Source: a candidate division FCPU426 bacterium
Lineage (GTDB): Bacteria > Oederibacteriota > JAAXVQ01 > JAUVAV01
Length of the DNA stretch: 64,000 nt
Direction: 5' to 3'
Assembly: GCA_040756875.1 (NCBI GenBank)
Contig: JBFLYH010000001.1
Span: forward strand, 448,001-512,000
How positions within the stretch are numbered: the first letter of the stretch is position 1; each line of letters begins with the position of its first letter. Positions 62,477 to 64,000 of this stretch are shown in pieces. The translations under genes and the position numbers were made by a program. The notes under the pieces are model-generated. The model searched no databases. It saw nothing but the letters and a program-made list of their open reading frames with translations, and was not told the DNA's origin.

Positions 62477-63523
62477 ATGCTAAAAGCGGTTGAATGGAAA
62501 CAACATCGTTTGTTCATCGTAGACCAATCCAAGTTGCCCGCCCGCGTGACTAAGACCCCTTGCCGGTCGGCGCAACAAGTGGTGGAGGCCATCCGGAGCC
62601 GCCGCCTGTGCGGTGCCTCGGCGCTGGGTGTGGCGGCTGGATTCGCAGTTTATCTGGGGGTTATCCAGAAACCGATGGCGAAAACCCACGACAAATTGCT
62701 GCAGCAAATCAACAAGCTCTGCGAACTGCTGGCCAAAAGTCAGCCGACGTCCATGAACTTGCTGTGGGCGTTGGAACGGATGAAACGCTGTGCCCAAAAC
62801 AACCGCGACCACAAGCTGAACACCCTGCGGGATATCCTGCTGCGGGAGGCGTTGAACATCCAACGCGAGGAAGACAAAGTCACGAAAGCCATCTCGGGAT
62901 ACGGCCCGGAGATGATCCGCGACGGCGATACGATACTGACCTGCGGCAATACTGGCGCGCTGTCTTCCGGCGGTTCGGGCACCGCCTTGGGCATGATCAA
63001 GGAGGCGTCCGCCGCCCGGCGGGATTTGCACGTGCTGTTATGCGAGAGCCGGCCCGGCTTGTACGGGGCGCGCCAGGCGGCCATGGAACTCAAACAGGCG
63101 AAAATCCCGTTCCAATTGATCACGGACAACATGGCCGCTTACTTGATGAAGAAAGGCATGATCGACGTGCTGTTGGTGGGCGCGGAACGGATCACCATGA
63201 ACGGAGACGTGGCCGCGGAAATTGGCACTTATAGCCTGGCCTTGTCGGCCTATTATCACAACCTTTCGTGCTATGTGGCGGCGCCGGTGTCCGCCTTCGA
63301 CCGAAATTTACTGACCGGAGACCTGGTGCCCATTGAAGAGCGGCATCCCGAAGAACTCTTCTGGTGCAACGGCAAATCGGGCGCCAAATCAACGATTAAA
63401 GCTTTCTATCCGGCATTTGACGTGACACCCCATAAATACATCAGTGCTCTCATCACCGAACTGGGAGTGGTCCGGGCGCCTTATGACCAGAATTTGAGAA
63501 ACCTCTTGGCGACCATGGGCTGA
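62477..63523 (+). CDS. MtnA (methylthioribose-1-phosphate isomerase)/eIF2B-family homolog with degenerate active site
   Basis: The overall MtnA pattern is present (DQ.KLP, PT..NL.WA, E.RP..GAR, ITDNMA, IGTY, PIEER, PAFDVTP), but key catalytic residues are substituted. Confidence 0.85.
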   Translation: MLKAVEWKQHRLFIVDQSKLPARVTKTPCRSAQQVVEAIRSRRLCGASALGVAAGFAVYLGVIQKPMAKTHDKLLQQINKLCELLAKSQPTSMNLLWALERMKRCAQNNRDHKLNTLRDILLREALNIQREEDKVTKAISGYGPEMIRDGDTILTCGNTGALSSGGSGTALGMIKEASAARRDLHVLLCESRPGLYGARQAAMELKQAKIPFQLITDNMAAYLMKKGMIDVLLVGAERITMNGDVAAEIGTYSLALSAYYHNLSCYVAAPVSAFDRNLLTGDLVPIEERHPEELFWCNGKSGAKSTIKAFYPAFDVTPHKYISALITELGVVRAPYDQNLRNLLATMG

Positions 63524-63528
63524 AGCGG

Positions 63529-63981
63529 ATGACGGACAACCCCCCGGCCGAAAAAGCTCCACCGGTGGAGTGGAGGGACAACCAGATGTGTTTTGCCTGC
63601 GGGTCCAAAAACCCCGTGGGATTGCATTTGCGTTTTGAACCGGTCGGTGCCGACGGCTTGCAAACCGAGTACACGCCCGGCCGGCAGTACCAGGGATTCC
63701 AGGATATCGTTCACGGCGGCTTTTTAAGCCTGTTGCTGGACGAGGTCATGGTCAATCTGCCCTGGCAGCGCTGGCATGAAGTGGTGGTGACGGCGGAGCT
63801 GAAGGTCCGCTTACTCCGGCCTGCGCGCGTGGACCGTCCACTCGTTGTCCGGGCGTTCCCCGACGGCGAAAGCCATAGCCGGTTGGTTTTCTTGAAAGGG
63901 GAAATCAGGGACCGGGACGGCGTCCTGCTCGCCACTGGGCGCGCCAAATGCGTCCGGGTGCCCGGCGCACCTGCGAACTGA
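63529..63981 (+). CDS. PaaI/hotdog-fold thioesterase
   Basis: CFACG..NP.GL.L.F, QG....VHGG...LLDE. Confidence 0.88.
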   Translation: MTDNPPAEKAPPVEWRDNQMCFACGSKNPVGLHLRFEPVGADGLQTEYTPGRQYQGFQDIVHGGFLSLLLDEVMVNLPWQRWHEVVVTAELKVRLLRPARVDRPLVVRAFPDGESHSRLVFLKGEIRDRDGVLLATGRAKCVRVPGAPAN

Positions 63982-64000
63982 AGAGAGAGTGAAAACTTTT

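Noticed and set aside
1-64000. tRNA, rRNA, integrase or prophage genes
   Set aside because: None recognised; intergenic gaps are short and explained by promoters, leaders or the repeats described.

Overview
Bacterial chromosomal window from a diderm organism, with almost all genes on the + strand. The lineage cannot be established from sequence alone. Bases 1-30.3 kb are a cell-envelope locus. It holds four very large secreted proteins that all end in a T9SS-type/FlgD-Ig-like C-terminal domain (YPNPF...W.G.N...G.Y...K). Three of them have long Thr/Pro stalks and two are tandem paralogs with 14-repeat beta-propellers. Two PorV/PorQ-like outer-membrane barrels lie among them, one fused to an OmpA-like domain and one to an FlgD-like domain. 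A 1043-aa periplasmic TPR protein, ExbB, two ExbD, TonB and an FlgD/OmpA-like protein follow. No PorKLMN/SprA gene and no TonB-dependent receptor is in the window. This locus is my best candidate for an undescribed system: a Ton/Agl-motor-associated, T9SS-like export or surface-display machine. The remainder is mostly housekeeping: FMN riboswitch + ribD-ribE-ribBA-ribH-nusB; L20-type leader + infC-rpmI-rplT-trmH-pheS; cvpA; uvrBC; valS-nadC-birA-coaX; a TlpA-FIST-kinase-CcdA-kinase cluster; pgeF; yggS-proC-yggT-yggU-PNP-mtnA-like-thioesterase. Other notable observations are two diverged, inverted ~120-bp structured repeats bracketing uvrBC, and an MtnA homolog that has lost its catalytic and phosphate-binding residues. 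All family assignments come from motif recognition by eye, not database searches.
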